This document shows positions 1-9,969 of a DNA stretch of 64,000 nucleotides, one piece after another (positions within the stretch are counted from its first letter, which is position 1; the number at the start of each line of letters is the position of its first letter). Made by a program: the position numbers and the translations under genes. Source of the stretch: a virus (lineage: Duplodnaviria > Caudoviricetes); IMG/VR virus record IMGVR_UViG_3300028128_000337, positions 1 through 64,000 of that record, one strand, 5' to 3'. A model generated the notes under the pieces. The model was not told the DNA's origin and made no database searches. It saw only the letters and a program-made list of their open reading frames with translations.

Positions 1-2313
1 ACCGGATTTGATCGACGTTAACATGCCATCAAACGTGTCCTTCATCCACTTCCACACACCACCCACACCGGTCCACAACCAGTCACCAACATTAGTCACA
101 CCGGTGGCAATTTGATTCCAACCAAACGCTATAGACGATAACATGCCATCAAACGTGTCTTTCATCCACTTCCACACACCTTCCACACCGGTCCACAACC
201 AGTCACCAACATTAGTCACACCGGTGGCAATTTGATTCCATGATCGTTTCAACGTGCCCTCAGGGTCACTCCACAAATCTTCAAACCACTCCCATACACC
301 CTTCACTCCATCCCATATGTATGTACCAACATTAGCAACTTTCCCGGTGAGCTTGTCCCATGTTGTGGTTAAGTATTTCGTCACATCTGGGAACCTCTCA
401 GTCAACCACTCCCACGCTTTGGACACTGATACAGATACCATTTTACTTATGGACATGTCTGTCCACTCTTTAATACTGTCCGCGGTTTCATCAAACCCGA
501 ACAGCTTGAGCAACCACTCGCTGGCAAGACCCAGACCACTAACAACCATGTTAGGAAAGTACATCAGTATGTCAAATGCTGCTAACAGTGGGTTCTTTTC
601 ATTAAAATCGAACAACTTCGCGAAATACTTCTCAACCTTAGTTATCACGTCTTTTACAATGGTGATTATAAATCCGTCCTTCTCACCAGCTGTTTCATCG
701 GAATCAACCCATTTGATCAAACCTGTAAACCACCCTTTTATATCCTCCCAAACCTGCTTGACTGTAGTAGTGAGTGAAAATGTATCAGGTATACCGGACC
801 ATTTAAACACACCAATCACCCACTCAGTTGCTTTAGTGTAGGCGCTGTTGATCGTGTCAGTTAAGCTGAATGATTCTACTGCAGATGCAACCCAAGTGTA
901 CATTCCTTTGAACCATTTTGTGATCTCAATCTCTAAGTTGTTAACCCATGCAGCAAGACTCCACCTACCTTCTGTTGTTTCTCCGAAACTTATCAATGTT
1001 GTGAACCATTTCTTGACACTCGCTAGTACGGGGTCCACAATGTCGATCTTGAAGCTGAACGGGTGTGTAGGGTCACCGAACTTGAATACTTCATTGAAAA
1101 AGGTCACCACCGGGTCAATCACCAAACCGGCTGCATACGCAGCAAAGTCAACGGCATCTCCAAACAATGCCAATCCAGCCTTTCTCGCTAGCTCCAGGTC
1201 AAATGTAAATACACCTACGACCATATCAACAACATTACCAATCATTTGATTCACCTGTGTCAACATGCCTTCCACATTTGCTGTGAGAGCCGCTCCGGTG
1301 GCTGGTAAGCCAATCCATTCTAGCACTTTTGCTGGTATACTAGTGAGAAACCGTATAATATCACCTATTAAAAATTCAAATAGAGACTGAAAACCACCGG
1401 TGATGCCAGATGCTACACCTCCTTGCTCGTAACCTTTCATGAAACCGGAGATAGTTTCTATTATTCCAAATATCACTGTGATTGGTAAAAATAATTTGCC
1501 TAACAATTTCCCAACACCTTTCGCGAAGCTTGTTACAGCTTTAAATGCTGGGTTTTTTAAGAACATATCGCCAATCTTCTTAAAAACACTAGCTTTTCCC
1601 TTACCGTCACCAAAAATAGGTACCAACATCTTCTGCATGGATTTGATAATGGGTTGAATCCGTTTGTTTATGCCTGTGAGTATTGTTTCTATTGGTTTGA
1701 ATGTCTTTCTGGTATTTTTTAACAGCTGTTTAATCTTTTTTGACACTGGGTCCAGTTTTGTTTTAAGTGTATCAAACCATCCGGAGATACGGATGAAAAA
1801 ATTTGATAATGGTTTCCAGAATTTAGTCTTGAGAAAACCTTTAAGCCTTTTAAACCATTGTTGTTTCCCAATTTCTTCAAAGAATGCGAAGAGTGCAACA
1901 ACTGGTGCGACTACAAGCCCTATAGCCCCTCCTAATAATAATGTTTTCCAATTAAAATCATCCGATTGTTGTTGGTCCTCCTTTTTCTCTTTCAAGGCTG
2001 TGGATGTCGGCATTATCTTAGCTAAACTGTTCAGCACTTTCCGATCGATACTCACTATCGACACCGGCATTACATCGGCTCTTATTTTCCTAGGAGCAGG
2101 TGGTTGCTTCTTTCTGTCTTCTTTTTGTTTTTTTGAAGATTCTTCAGCATTGATCTTCGCTTGATTTTCTTGCTCCTTCTTTTTTATTGCAAGTGGGTCA
2201 AGAAAGCTGTTCTCTGATCTTTGCTGATCAACAACATCGCCGGTTTTTTGAGTCCTCAACTCATCAACCAGACCAGTTAAAGTGGTGATTAGTTTATTTA
2301 GATTTTCTTCCAT
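1..2313 (-). CDS. Tail tape measure protein (gp29-like), 3' end runs off the window
   Basis: Not in ORF track. Translated by hand from ATG 2313 (MEENLNKLITTLTGLVDELR...) with no stop seen to position 1. Amphipathic helices, hydrophobic GGAIGLVVAPVV segment, periodic Trp/Phe, 40-aa repeats. Follows baseplate hub genes. Confidence 0.8.
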   Translation of the reverse strand, partial: MEENLNKLITTLTGLVDELRTQKTGDVVDQQRSENSFLDPLAIKKKEQENQAKINAEESSKKQKEDRKKQPPAPRKIRADVMPVSIVSIDRKVLNSLAKIMPTSTALKEKKEDQQQSDDFNWKTLLLGGAIGLVVAPVVALFAFFEEIGKQQWFKRLKGFLKTKFWKPLSNFFIRISGWFDTLKTKLDPVSKKIKQLLKNTRKTFKPIETILTGINKRIQPIIKSMQKMLVPIFGDGKGKASVFKKIGDMFLKNPAFKAVTSFAKGVGKLLGKLFLPITVIFGIIETISGFMKGYEQGGVASGITGGFQSLFEFLIGDIIRFLTSIPAKVLEWIGLPATGAALTANVEGMLTQVNQMIGNVVDMVVGVFTFDLELARKAGLALFGDAVDFAAYAAGLVIDPVVTFFNEVFKFGDPTHPFSFKIDIVDPVLASVKKWFTTLISFGETTEGRWSLAAWVNNLEIEITKWFKGMYTWVASAVESFSLTDTINSAYTKATEWVIGVFKWSGIPDTFSLTTTVKQVWEDIKGWFTGLIKWVDSDETAGEKDGFIITIVKDVITKVEKYFAKLFDFNEKNPLLAAFDILMYFPNMVVSGLGLASEWLLKLFGFDETADSIKEWTDMSISKMVSVSVSKAWEWLTERFPDVTKYLTTTWDKLTGKVANVGTYIWDGVKGVWEWFEDLWSDPEGTLKRSWNQIATGVTNVGDWLWTGVEGVWKWMKDTFDGMLSSIAFGWNQIATGVTNVGDWLWTGVGGVWKWMKDTFDGMLTSIKSG
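21..240. repeat. 120-bp period tandem repeat (40 aa) inside the tape measure gene
   Basis: 21-120 and 141-240 differ at only 3 positions; both encode WNQIATGVTNVGDWLWTGVxGVWKWMKDTFDGM on the minus strand. Confidence 0.95.
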
Positions 2314-2335
2314 GAGTCATAATTACTTATGACTC
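2314..2335 (-). promoter_or_regulatory. Late promoter TAAGTA embedded in a 9-bp hairpin abutting the tape measure ATG
   Basis: Minus strand reads GAGTCATAA-gtaa-TTATGACTC-ATG. Confidence 0.7.
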
Positions 2336-2338
2336 CAA

Positions 2339-3142
2339 TTAGTTATCACCTGTAAATATGCTAGCATCAATAGGTATACTCACACCTTCGGGTAGTGTAT
2401 CACATGTTATCGATGCAGTTTCTATTTCTCTACTAACTTTTATAGCGTCAGCAAGTGTTGAGCTCACATTTATTGGCAGACTCTCGAACAAATTCACCAG
2501 GTGACTCGCTTGAGTTGTCTGATCGACAACAAACATGTCGTCCATCACTCCAACTGATTTTATATATTTAACCATCTCGAATACATATATATCTCCAATC
2601 ACATCATTTAACTTCAACTTGTTGTTAGTTGCTTTTTTTACTGCTTTTGTAAACTGCTTGTTAAATTTAGTATCTGTTTGCAGATCCGGTGTAAGACATT
2701 CAATTTTAATTCCACTGGATTCAATATCAAATGTTGTTTTGACATGTATACCACTTTCTCGTTGTTTGGAGATATGTGATTCCAGGTCTATAGTGTGTTC
2801 GATCTCATCTTCATCAGTTATTTTTAGATTGTTACCTAGTGATTTTTGTCTCAATTGTAGCAATATTAGAGGCCTGTCAACCGCTAAAATTTTTATATTT
2901 TTATTCAAACAATTATCTAATATAATACCATTCATGGTGTTACTGAACGCCATGCTCTCGATATCTACATCTACACCGGATGACAGAATCGATTTTTGTT
3001 GTTTTATGGAAAGTGGATTGAAGCTAACCTCTTTGCCTAATGACGGTATAAATATGTCTTGTACTTGTTGTTGGTTGAGCTTGTTAATCGTGCTCAGCAT
3101 CTCTTTAAAGTTCGTTTGTTTGACTTCAACAGTTTCACTCAT
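2339..3142 (-). CDS. Baseplate hub protein, T4 gp26-like
   Basis: IPSLGKEVSFNPLSIKQQKSIL...IILDNC...DRPLILLQLRQKSLG matches the gp26 pattern; tail block context. Confidence 0.7.
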   Translation of the reverse strand: MSETVEVKQTNFKEMLSTINKLNQQQVQDIFIPSLGKEVSFNPLSIKQQKSILSSGVDVDIESMAFSNTMNGIILDNCLNKNIKILAVDRPLILLQLRQKSLGNNLKITDEDEIEHTIDLESHISKQRESGIHVKTTFDIESSGIKIECLTPDLQTDTKFNKQFTKAVKKATNNKLKLNDVIGDIYVFEMVKYIKSVGVMDDMFVVDQTTQASHLVNLFESLPINVSSTLADAIKVSREIETASITCDTLPEGVSIPIDASIFTGDN

Positions 3143-3178
3143 ATACTATATTTACTACAGGTGGTTAATTTTTCAACA

Positions 3179-4102
3179 CTATTGTGTGAAGTTGTGTTGT
3201 GGTAATGACATTCCACCGGTGGATTGGTTATTCTTTTCAGATTGTTTCTTCTGTTCGTCTAGTTCTTTTCTATACAGATTGATATATGTGTTAGTCACAT
3301 AAGGTGGGTGTTTCGCGACGTCATCTAGATTGAATCTCATCTGCTTCACCATTAGATATCTCACATAATACTGCTCTTCTAGATTACAACCATATATCAA
3401 CTTTAAGAATTCATAAAAACTATTATCATACATTCGAAGATTGAAATCCATCACGTCTCCTTCTGTGGCTAGCTTGAATTGATCTCGGTTAAGTACACAT
3501 ATGCTGTATTTCTCATCTATCTTGTTGACCGCTCGTGTGATATCTGTCAAAATATTACCCGGCATGTTGTCAAGTGCTATTTTCTGTTGTTTGGTACTCA
3601 AGTTTTTGAAATTATATTGTTTACCAAACATGTACAGACATTCCAATACAGACATTATAAGCTCATCAGTATCTGTGGTTATAAATTGCTGTGGAGTTGA
3701 TAGCTTGACACTACATTCTGGGGAAGTTTTTATATTTTGAGTGTATTTTACATCATAATTTGTGACTTTGTCCAGTATATCATACAAGTCAAATACTATT
3801 TTCTGTGGATGTTGTTCTTCATCATCTGATCTCAACATCATCTCCATTTTATCAGAAACACACAATATTCTCATGTTCAACAATACACAGAACATGTCTA
3901 TCTTGGTCATATTGTCTAGTGTGGTAGGATCTAAGCATAACTCCGATATCATCTGTTGGAACAATTCCAACACTCGAGTGTCATCATTGTTTTGTATATG
4001 TTTAGCTATCGTTAGGTAGTGATCTCCAGTGAATTCGTAGAATCGCGCGTACTTTTTTAGTGTGGGTAGGTATACATTGTAACTAAATCTCACACCGGTC
4101 AT
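3179..4102 (-). CDS. Second gp26-like hub protein with C-terminal gp51-like domain
   Basis: N-terminal LPTLKKYARFYEF...IDMFCVLLNMR is gp26-like; C-terminal NLEEQYYVRYLMVKQMRFNLDDVAKHPPYVTNTYINLY resembles gp51. Confidence 0.55.
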   Translation of the reverse strand: MTGVRFSYNVYLPTLKKYARFYEFTGDHYLTIAKHIQNNDDTRVLELFQQMISELCLDPTTLDNMTKIDMFCVLLNMRILCVSDKMEMMLRSDDEEQHPQKIVFDLYDILDKVTNYDVKYTQNIKTSPECSVKLSTPQQFITTDTDELIMSVLECLYMFGKQYNFKNLSTKQQKIALDNMPGNILTDITRAVNKIDEKYSICVLNRDQFKLATEGDVMDFNLRMYDNSFYEFLKLIYGCNLEEQYYVRYLMVKQMRFNLDDVAKHPPYVTNTYINLYRKELDEQKKQSEKNNQSTGGMSLPQHNFTQ

Positions 4103-4111
4103 ATATGTTAT

Positions 4112-5221
4112 TTATTGTGGTGTGTCTGATTTGAAACTGGCATTTGCTGTGCGGCCTAGTGGTTTGTCACTCGGGCCTATCATTGGCATGCCTCTGCCCG
4201 CGCTTCCACCCAAATACCCCAACACTTTATCCACCTTTTTCTTAATCTTCGTGGCCTTGTCGACGAAACGTTCCACTTTGGCTAGTTTACCTTGTAATTT
4301 TTGAAAGGATTTACTCTTGCTTAGTAATTTTTTCGCCATGTCTTTTACGAATTTCTTGAATCCTTCCTTGTTCATGTATTCGTTCATGTCTTGTTCAGGT
4401 AGACTCTCGATAGAATAATGTGTGTAGTGCCATTCTGTTGTAAATATATCAAAGTTATTACCATCCTGATATGTCAGTTCTTTACTGTCTATGCTCGTCG
4501 GTACACAATTGTAAAATCTCCAGATTTTCCTTTGTACTAACGGTATGTATTGATATGTTTTAGCTAACTGTACCACAGTTATATTAGCTTTGATATGACG
4601 ACCGTCCATGGGCGGACGAGCGGCTAAACCAACATGTGATGCTAGTATCAACCATGGGCGAATCACAAGGTCTACAAAGCTTCTGTTAGTCTCTCTCCAC
4701 TGTACGGTTAGTGGCTGCATGCTCATTCTGTTACCTCCATACTTCCCGGGGATGAAGCCCATGTTGTTCTTTATCGCAACATCTCCGATCTCGTACCTCT
4801 CACCAGGAAGTACAACACCTTGCGCCAGAATACACCCATGCTTACCACCACCGGTTCGCAAATATTGATCTCTTGTTATCTCACTCTTTCCTTGATCTAT
4901 ATTCCATTCAGGTCCACGTGATCCAGGAGCGTTTATATTGCCGGCGTGTTGACCATTACCACCAGGTTCATAATTCCACATGCTTTGTGAGTTTATGTAT
5001 CGTGGTATCGGGTGTATACTCGTTTGCTCGCGACTCATTGTTGCGTCAATCACCGGTTCGATGTTTACTATCCATAAGAACTTGTTGGGGATTGCGAATT
5101 CCCACTTCTCCATACTCTGTAGGAAGTTTTCAGTATAACTGAATGGATAATTGAACGGGAATATATCCGTGCCTAATAAGTTATCGATTTTTTCACCGAC
5201 TCTGCGTATATCATCAAACAT
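4112..5221 (-). CDS. Baseplate-tail tube initiator (gp54/gp48-like, tube fold)
   Basis: AQGVVLPGE...PLTVQWRET...IRPW...ITVVQL...WRFYNCVPTSIDSKELTY tube-fold pattern; adjacent to tail tube gene. Confidence 0.6.
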   Translation of the reverse strand: MFDDIRRVGEKIDNLLGTDIFPFNYPFSYTENFLQSMEKWEFAIPNKFLWIVNIEPVIDATMSREQTSIHPIPRYINSQSMWNYEPGGNGQHAGNINAPGSRGPEWNIDQGKSEITRDQYLRTGGGKHGCILAQGVVLPGERYEIGDVAIKNNMGFIPGKYGGNRMSMQPLTVQWRETNRSFVDLVIRPWLILASHVGLAARPPMDGRHIKANITVVQLAKTYQYIPLVQRKIWRFYNCVPTSIDSKELTYQDGNNFDIFTTEWHYTHYSIESLPEQDMNEYMNKEGFKKFVKDMAKKLLSKSKSFQKLQGKLAKVERFVDKATKIKKKVDKVLGYLGGSAGRGMPMIGPSDKPLGRTANASFKSDTPQ

Positions 5222-5246
5222 TGTTATTATTATTTAATACGTACAC

Positions 5247-5273
5247 AAAAAAAGACCGTCTAAAAAGACGGTC
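5247..5273 (-). terminator. Rho-independent terminator after the tail tube gene
   Basis: Minus strand GACCGTCT-tttt-AGACGGTC followed by T7. Confidence 0.9.
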
Positions 5274-5296
5274 CTTAGTTGTTGGTGGGGTAAATT

Positions 5297-5839
5297 TTAT
5301 TGATACTTCTCGTTTCTGATGTATTGGTACCCTAATGTTACCTGAAACTCTACTGGAGCTCCAGTTCCTGCAGGATTATACTCTACATCACCTACACTTG
5401 TTGGAAATGCTCCAACTAGCGTGAATTGACTCACTCTGTTCAATTGTGTGTCAAGTTGCACCAAGTCAACAATTGATGTTTCCTTGGCTATGAAATAATT
5501 ACCAGTGCTGGTTGCATCATCGAATGTGTCTCTAGTCCAGTTGAGCAACAGATTTCGTAAACTATCAACCCGGTCACTGTAAAATGTGAGTGAATATTCA
5601 CCTGTGTATGTAGCACCACCTGGGACTTTAAAATTCAGTCCCATGTATGGTACTTCTGCTACACTAATCGTACGACCTGGTATACTACCACCTTTGGCGT
5701 ATACGAGATCATCTTCAGTGATGGTGAAGCTTCCGTCAGCACTTTGAATGTTTAATACTCTAAACTGAAAGTCACGACTGAAATCTCTTTCTTGCGCTAC
5801 TCTGTAGAAATCTGATATTGTTTGTCTTACATCTGGCAT
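5297..5839 (-). CDS. Tail tube protein (gp19-like)
   Basis: SIPGRTISVAEVPYMG...LTFY...LRNLLLNW...QLD...LVGAFPTSVGDVEY...EFQVTLGYQY; downstream of sheath; TAAGTA promoter and AGGAGG RBS. Confidence 0.9.
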   Translation of the reverse strand: MPDVRQTISDFYRVAQERDFSRDFQFRVLNIQSADGSFTITEDDLVYAKGGSIPGRTISVAEVPYMGLNFKVPGGATYTGEYSLTFYSDRVDSLRNLLLNWTRDTFDDATSTGNYFIAKETSIVDLVQLDTQLNRVSQFTLVGAFPTSVGDVEYNPAGTGAPVEFQVTLGYQYIRNEKYQ

Positions 5840-5865
5840 AAATTGTTCCTCCTAATTACTTAGTC

Positions 5866-8800
5866 TCACGACACCAATTCACTGAAGTCTTGACCAGTTC
5901 TTGTTGCGTAGAAGTTGACTAATATAAACTCAGCTGCACGAGTAGGCTTGATATAGATGTCAACTACAAGTTCATTCCGGTCGATTACGTCCGGAGAGTT
6001 GTTTCGATCATCACATACCAGCAAGTAATCGTACATGCCTTGTGTATTTTTAACCTCTTCGAATATTGGTCTCAATACATTCAACACTTGTGTTCTTGTG
6101 AATAATGTGTTAGGTTCGAATACGAAGTATTTGACTGTGTTCATCACAGCCTTTTGTAGATACAAGAACAATCTTCTGACATTGATACGATCAAATGCAC
6201 TAGGTTTAGCTTGCATGGTTTTTTGTCCGAAAATCGCGAAGCCTTCATTAGGAAAGTTGGCGACCGGATTGAGACCGAGCTTGTACAATTGATCCCTCTC
6301 TTTTTGTTTAGGATAAAATGCTATATCACTAACACCGCTTATCAACCCTCTGGTGAAACCAGCAGGCGCGATCCAAGGATTGAAATTCGCGTCAGTATTA
6401 GCCATCGCCGCTGCCGCAAAACCACTCATCGGTGACCACACTCCTCGATTGAGTACTTTATCGTTAGTGAATCCCCAGTTTGCGTATGTCGCACAGTAGC
6501 TACTATTCTTTGCTCCACCGGTCATCATGTGGCGTAACGGCCAGTAGATGTGTTGTGAGAAATTGACTCCGGATTCACGTTGCTTACTGGTCAAAACTTT
6601 ACTGTTTCTACCTTGTACGAATATGTATCTCAGTGGATCTGCTATAAATATGTTGTCTTTACGAGCAAATTGACTGAAACTCTTGAATGTGTCAAATATA
6701 GTGTCGTAATGTGTCAAATAATCAACCTCACTGCGATTGTCTATAATTTTAGTTTGAAATAATCCCGAGCCACTCAATCCAGTGCTGCTCACCACATGTT
6801 CTCCAAGTGGGAAATACTCTTCATCATCAAACAGTGCTTGTGTGCCACCTTTACTACCTACATATACAGTACCCAACCCACCTTCGACTGTTACATCTAT
6901 TGGATACAGATCAAAGTTATCTGCCAATTCAAATATTCTATCCAGTTTAGCGGGTATGTTACCAGTTTCCCTGGCGGTAGCTGATTGCTTACGATACACA
7001 CCATGTGGATACACGTTGTTACCGTGCTTCACTTGAGCAGAACCATCACGCTGTAAATTTTGAAATGATGCTATGTATGATCGATCACCAGTCTCTTCAG
7101 TACCGTTCAAAAAGCTCTGACTAACTCGGAAATCATTCACTTCCTCGGTGACACCTTTGGTGATCAAAGAGTCTCTCTCTGATGCTGTTTTTTCCGACCA
7201 ATATCTTACATCTTTCGCTGGTAATACCCTGACTTTACGAGTTGGGTACCCATTCTCATCAAGCCAATTCCCAGCGGTCTTAGATATACCCTCATTGAAT
7301 TTCATGTATAGGCTGTTGCTGTTCTCTGCCTCACTCTCGATAAAATATGACACCGCTGTGCCACCATCAGATTTGAATTGCTCTCGGAAGTAGTTAGTAC
7401 TACCAACAACACTGTCAGCGACCATGTAGTCCAGTTTGGTTGCATCTGGTTCTAGTGTGGATTGACGTACTTTGAACACTGCAAGTGTCAACACATCACT
7501 AAATTCATCTGTATTGAGGTCAAACTCGCTCAAGTTCTCTAAAACCTCACTCATGCTACCATCTAGACCTACTTGCTGCTTGTTGCCATACTCATCAAAA
7601 CTCATACCAGCACTCAAGCTGAATGTCAGCCGGCTTTTTGTACCAGCCGCGGCATCCGGGACATTGACATATCCACCAGTCGTACCACCTAGTTTTTTGC
7701 TGAGTGATTTGAGTTTTCCTACGCTGTCAAAGTCACTAGCAGGATTTAAATTAGTGTTGTCTGCTATTCCGATGTAGTATCCTTCGAATTTTTCATTGAC
7801 CACGAACTTTTTATCATTGACGATCATCAATCCAGCTCCACCCTTGTTGATGAGATCGCTGTATGTGGAGAATTTTTGGTTCTCGTATTTACCAGCATTA
7901 GTCTCGCTGAGTTTGACTTGACCTTTGATGGTCTTCTGAAAATCGTCATTGTCTAGCTCGATGTTACTTGGTTCTCCAAGATAGTAACGATCACTCGCAC
8001 TTAAATTCCAACCGGAGCTGTTTACCGCTTCGGATACGATGTCACACACTTGTGGTATCTCGTAACCTCTTAATGCTGGTATGCTCAACGGATCTCCGGG
8101 GGTGGCTTCAGTCCAGAAACGATCGTTCTGAGAAAAGGCGCTCAATGGCTCACCAAATAATGAATCATCATTGTTGTTTGCGAGTACACTGTCAACAGCG
8201 TCTTTCAACGTGGTGCCTGTGTAGCTGCCGGCAGGTTGTGAGTCACCGAAAATCCATTGTCCATCCGGTACCACTTTGGTGCTCAGATGACCGGTGATAC
8301 CTCCACTGAAATTGTATGTTGTTTGACTGTTGATCGTGTCACCAGCTGGAATCAAATCGACACCTGTTGTTAAATTGACCGTTTCATTGTTTTCCACAAA
8401 GTTGTCTAGTTTGGATGAATCTGCTGCACTCACTGTGTATGTGATGCCGCTTCCGGCTCCGGCAGTGTCGAGCAACTGCTTCAATGTTTTGGAGTCATCA
8501 CCTGTCACACCTACGTTACCGTCTACTCCTGCGGCGGATGCAGTCACTTGCACCTCTACATCTTCATAGCTCCCACTAGAACCAGCCACACTCAAACTAA
8601 CAGTCACGGTCTCAGAAGCGGTCACAGCTGGTGTGTCCTCCTGCCCGCCGGTGGCAGTGATGTGCGTGTTGAGATACCCACTGTTGATCGCATCAACTAT
8701 GGTCTTACCGTTAACACCACCGGCAGTAAAATTTAAATACAACACATCATCGATTTTTTCTGATGTGTTATTGGATTGCTGGAGATTCACCACTAATGAC

Positions 8801-9321
8801 CAGGCGTTCTTGTCGTCACCAGTTGCGACAGTGACAAAATCGGCGGTTCCAGATGTGGCACTGGCGGATTGTGCGACAACGTAATCTCCACCAGCGTCAA
8901 CGACATCAGCATCCGTTGGATGCCATGCTATGATTCTATCGTCATTCGCGACACTTGTTATGTCTGGTGCAGCACCATCAACCATGATTGGTCGAGGTAT
9001 CACCGGAAAAACTTGAACACTGTATTTATCAGCTACAGTCGACCCAGCACCTAAACCATATGGTAACCTGCTCACTAGCACGTTGGCTGGACTCTGAAAC
9101 ACCGCTTTGACGGTGTGGTACATGTAGCGTTCAGCTGCGTTTTGAGGTAAACCATATACTTGTTCAAACTCGCTCAAGCTGCTTAACGTCAACAGCTCGT
9201 CGGTTGGTCCTTGATTCGCGAATCCAGGGATGAACACGGTGGTTCCTACAGGTAATTGTGGGCGCAAAGATAAATCTACTTCTTTGACCTCGACTCCGGG
9301 TGATTGAATTGTTCTTGCCAT
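5866..9321 (-). CDS. Tail sheath protein (gp18-like), 1151 aa with large insertions
   Basis: N-terminal SPGVEVKEVDLS...GPTD; C-terminal PWIAPAGFTRG...GQKT...SAFDRINVRRLF...FEPN...IYIKPTRAAEFI. Confidence 0.97.
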   Translation of the reverse strand: MARTIQSPGVEVKEVDLSLRPQLPVGTTVFIPGFANQGPTDELLTLSSLSEFEQVYGLPQNAAERYMYHTVKAVFQSPANVLVSRLPYGLGAGSTVADKYSVQVFPVIPRPIMVDGAAPDITSVANDDRIIAWHPTDADVVDAGGDYVVAQSASATSGTADFVTVATGDDKNAWSLVVNLQQSNNTSEKIDDVLYLNFTAGGVNGKTIVDAINSGYLNTHITATGGQEDTPAVTASETVTVSLSVAGSSGSYEDVEVQVTASAAGVDGNVGVTGDDSKTLKQLLDTAGAGSGITYTVSAADSSKLDNFVENNETVNLTTGVDLIPAGDTINSQTTYNFSGGITGHLSTKVVPDGQWIFGDSQPAGSYTGTTLKDAVDSVLANNNDDSLFGEPLSAFSQNDRFWTEATPGDPLSIPALRGYEIPQVCDIVSEAVNSSGWNLSASDRYYLGEPSNIELDNDDFQKTIKGQVKLSETNAGKYENQKFSTYSDLINKGGAGLMIVNDKKFVVNEKFEGYYIGIADNTNLNPASDFDSVGKLKSLSKKLGGTTGGYVNVPDAAAGTKSRLTFSLSAGMSFDEYGNKQQVGLDGSMSEVLENLSEFDLNTDEFSDVLTLAVFKVRQSTLEPDATKLDYMVADSVVGSTNYFREQFKSDGGTAVSYFIESEAENSNSLYMKFNEGISKTAGNWLDENGYPTRKVRVLPAKDVRYWSEKTASERDSLITKGVTEEVNDFRVSQSFLNGTEETGDRSYIASFQNLQRDGSAQVKHGNNVYPHGVYRKQSATARETGNIPAKLDRIFELADNFDLYPIDVTVEGGLGTVYVGSKGGTQALFDDEEYFPLGEHVVSSTGLSGSGLFQTKIIDNRSEVDYLTHYDTIFDTFKSFSQFARKDNIFIADPLRYIFVQGRNSKVLTSKQRESGVNFSQHIYWPLRHMMTGGAKNSSYCATYANWGFTNDKVLNRGVWSPMSGFAAAAMANTDANFNPWIAPAGFTRGLISGVSDIAFYPKQKERDQLYKLGLNPVANFPNEGFAIFGQKTMQAKPSAFDRINVRRLFLYLQKAVMNTVKYFVFEPNTLFTRTQVLNVLRPIFEEVKNTQGMYDYLLVCDDRNNSPDVIDRNELVVDIYIKPTRAAEFILVNFYATRTGQDFSELVS

Positions 9322-9375
9322 AATAGTTGCTTTCGAAATTATTTATCTATCTCGGGGAAGGTTTTATGATTTTTA

Positions 9376-9969
9376 CTATAACAAAATTGGAGTGAGCTTA
9401 GAAAATGAAAATTCGAATGTTGTATCAATTGCATCAGTTGTGCGGTAATTGTAATCAACACCACCTAGTGCTACTGGAATCACACCGGCATAATCAAACC
9501 GCGCCACCTGGTTGTTGTACTCATCTAGTGCATACGTGGTTGCAGCACCTTGGTATTGTTTGAACATTGAGTTCTTTGGATTGGCGGACACAAACTCTGG
9601 ATCGTCTTTATAAAAGATGGACTGTTCATCATCATTCATCAGATCCAACCATTTCCAAATCACCCAGTAATTGTTAAATTTGTTGTCAACTGTAAAATTT
9701 ACAGTGACGTTCTCATATGCTGGTCGGCTATGTCCGCTGAATTTTAGCGCCTGGCCGCTGTACCGGATCTCACCACTATCAACTCTCACCGTGGGTAACA
9801 CCGCACCATACACACTGAACTGTAATGATTCTGGTAACACTCTATCGTCTTGTCTGTTTTCCGGTAAAGTGTATGAAATGTCATTCATCGCTTTGGGTAG
9901 TGTCAGCACGAATAAAAATTTATCTTTTTTACTCTTGTTTAGCACTGATTGCTGTATGTTATCACTCAT
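9376..9969 (-). CDS. Tail completion / tube terminator (gp3-like)
   Basis: YENVTVNFTVDNKFNNYWVIWKWL...ALDEYNN...FDYAGVIPVALGGVDY matches the gp3 pattern. Confidence 0.65.
   Translation of the reverse strand: MSDNIQQSVLNKSKKDKFLFVLTLPKAMNDISYTLPENRQDDRVLPESLQFSVYGAVLPTVRVDSGEIRYSGQALKFSGHSRPAYENVTVNFTVDNKFNNYWVIWKWLDLMNDDEQSIFYKDDPEFVSANPKNSMFKQYQGAATTYALDEYNNQVARFDYAGVIPVALGGVDYNYRTTDAIDTTFEFSFSKLTPILL

Noticed and set aside
21-240. Repeat pair as CRISPR array or DGR template/variable repeat
   Set aside because: In-frame 120-bp tandem coding repeat with no spacers; no reverse transcriptase in the window.
254-2164. Plus-strand ORFs 254-841, 848-1249, 1439-1657 and 1664-2164
   Set aside because: Antisense shadows of the minus-strand tape measure gene, which the track missed because it runs off the window.
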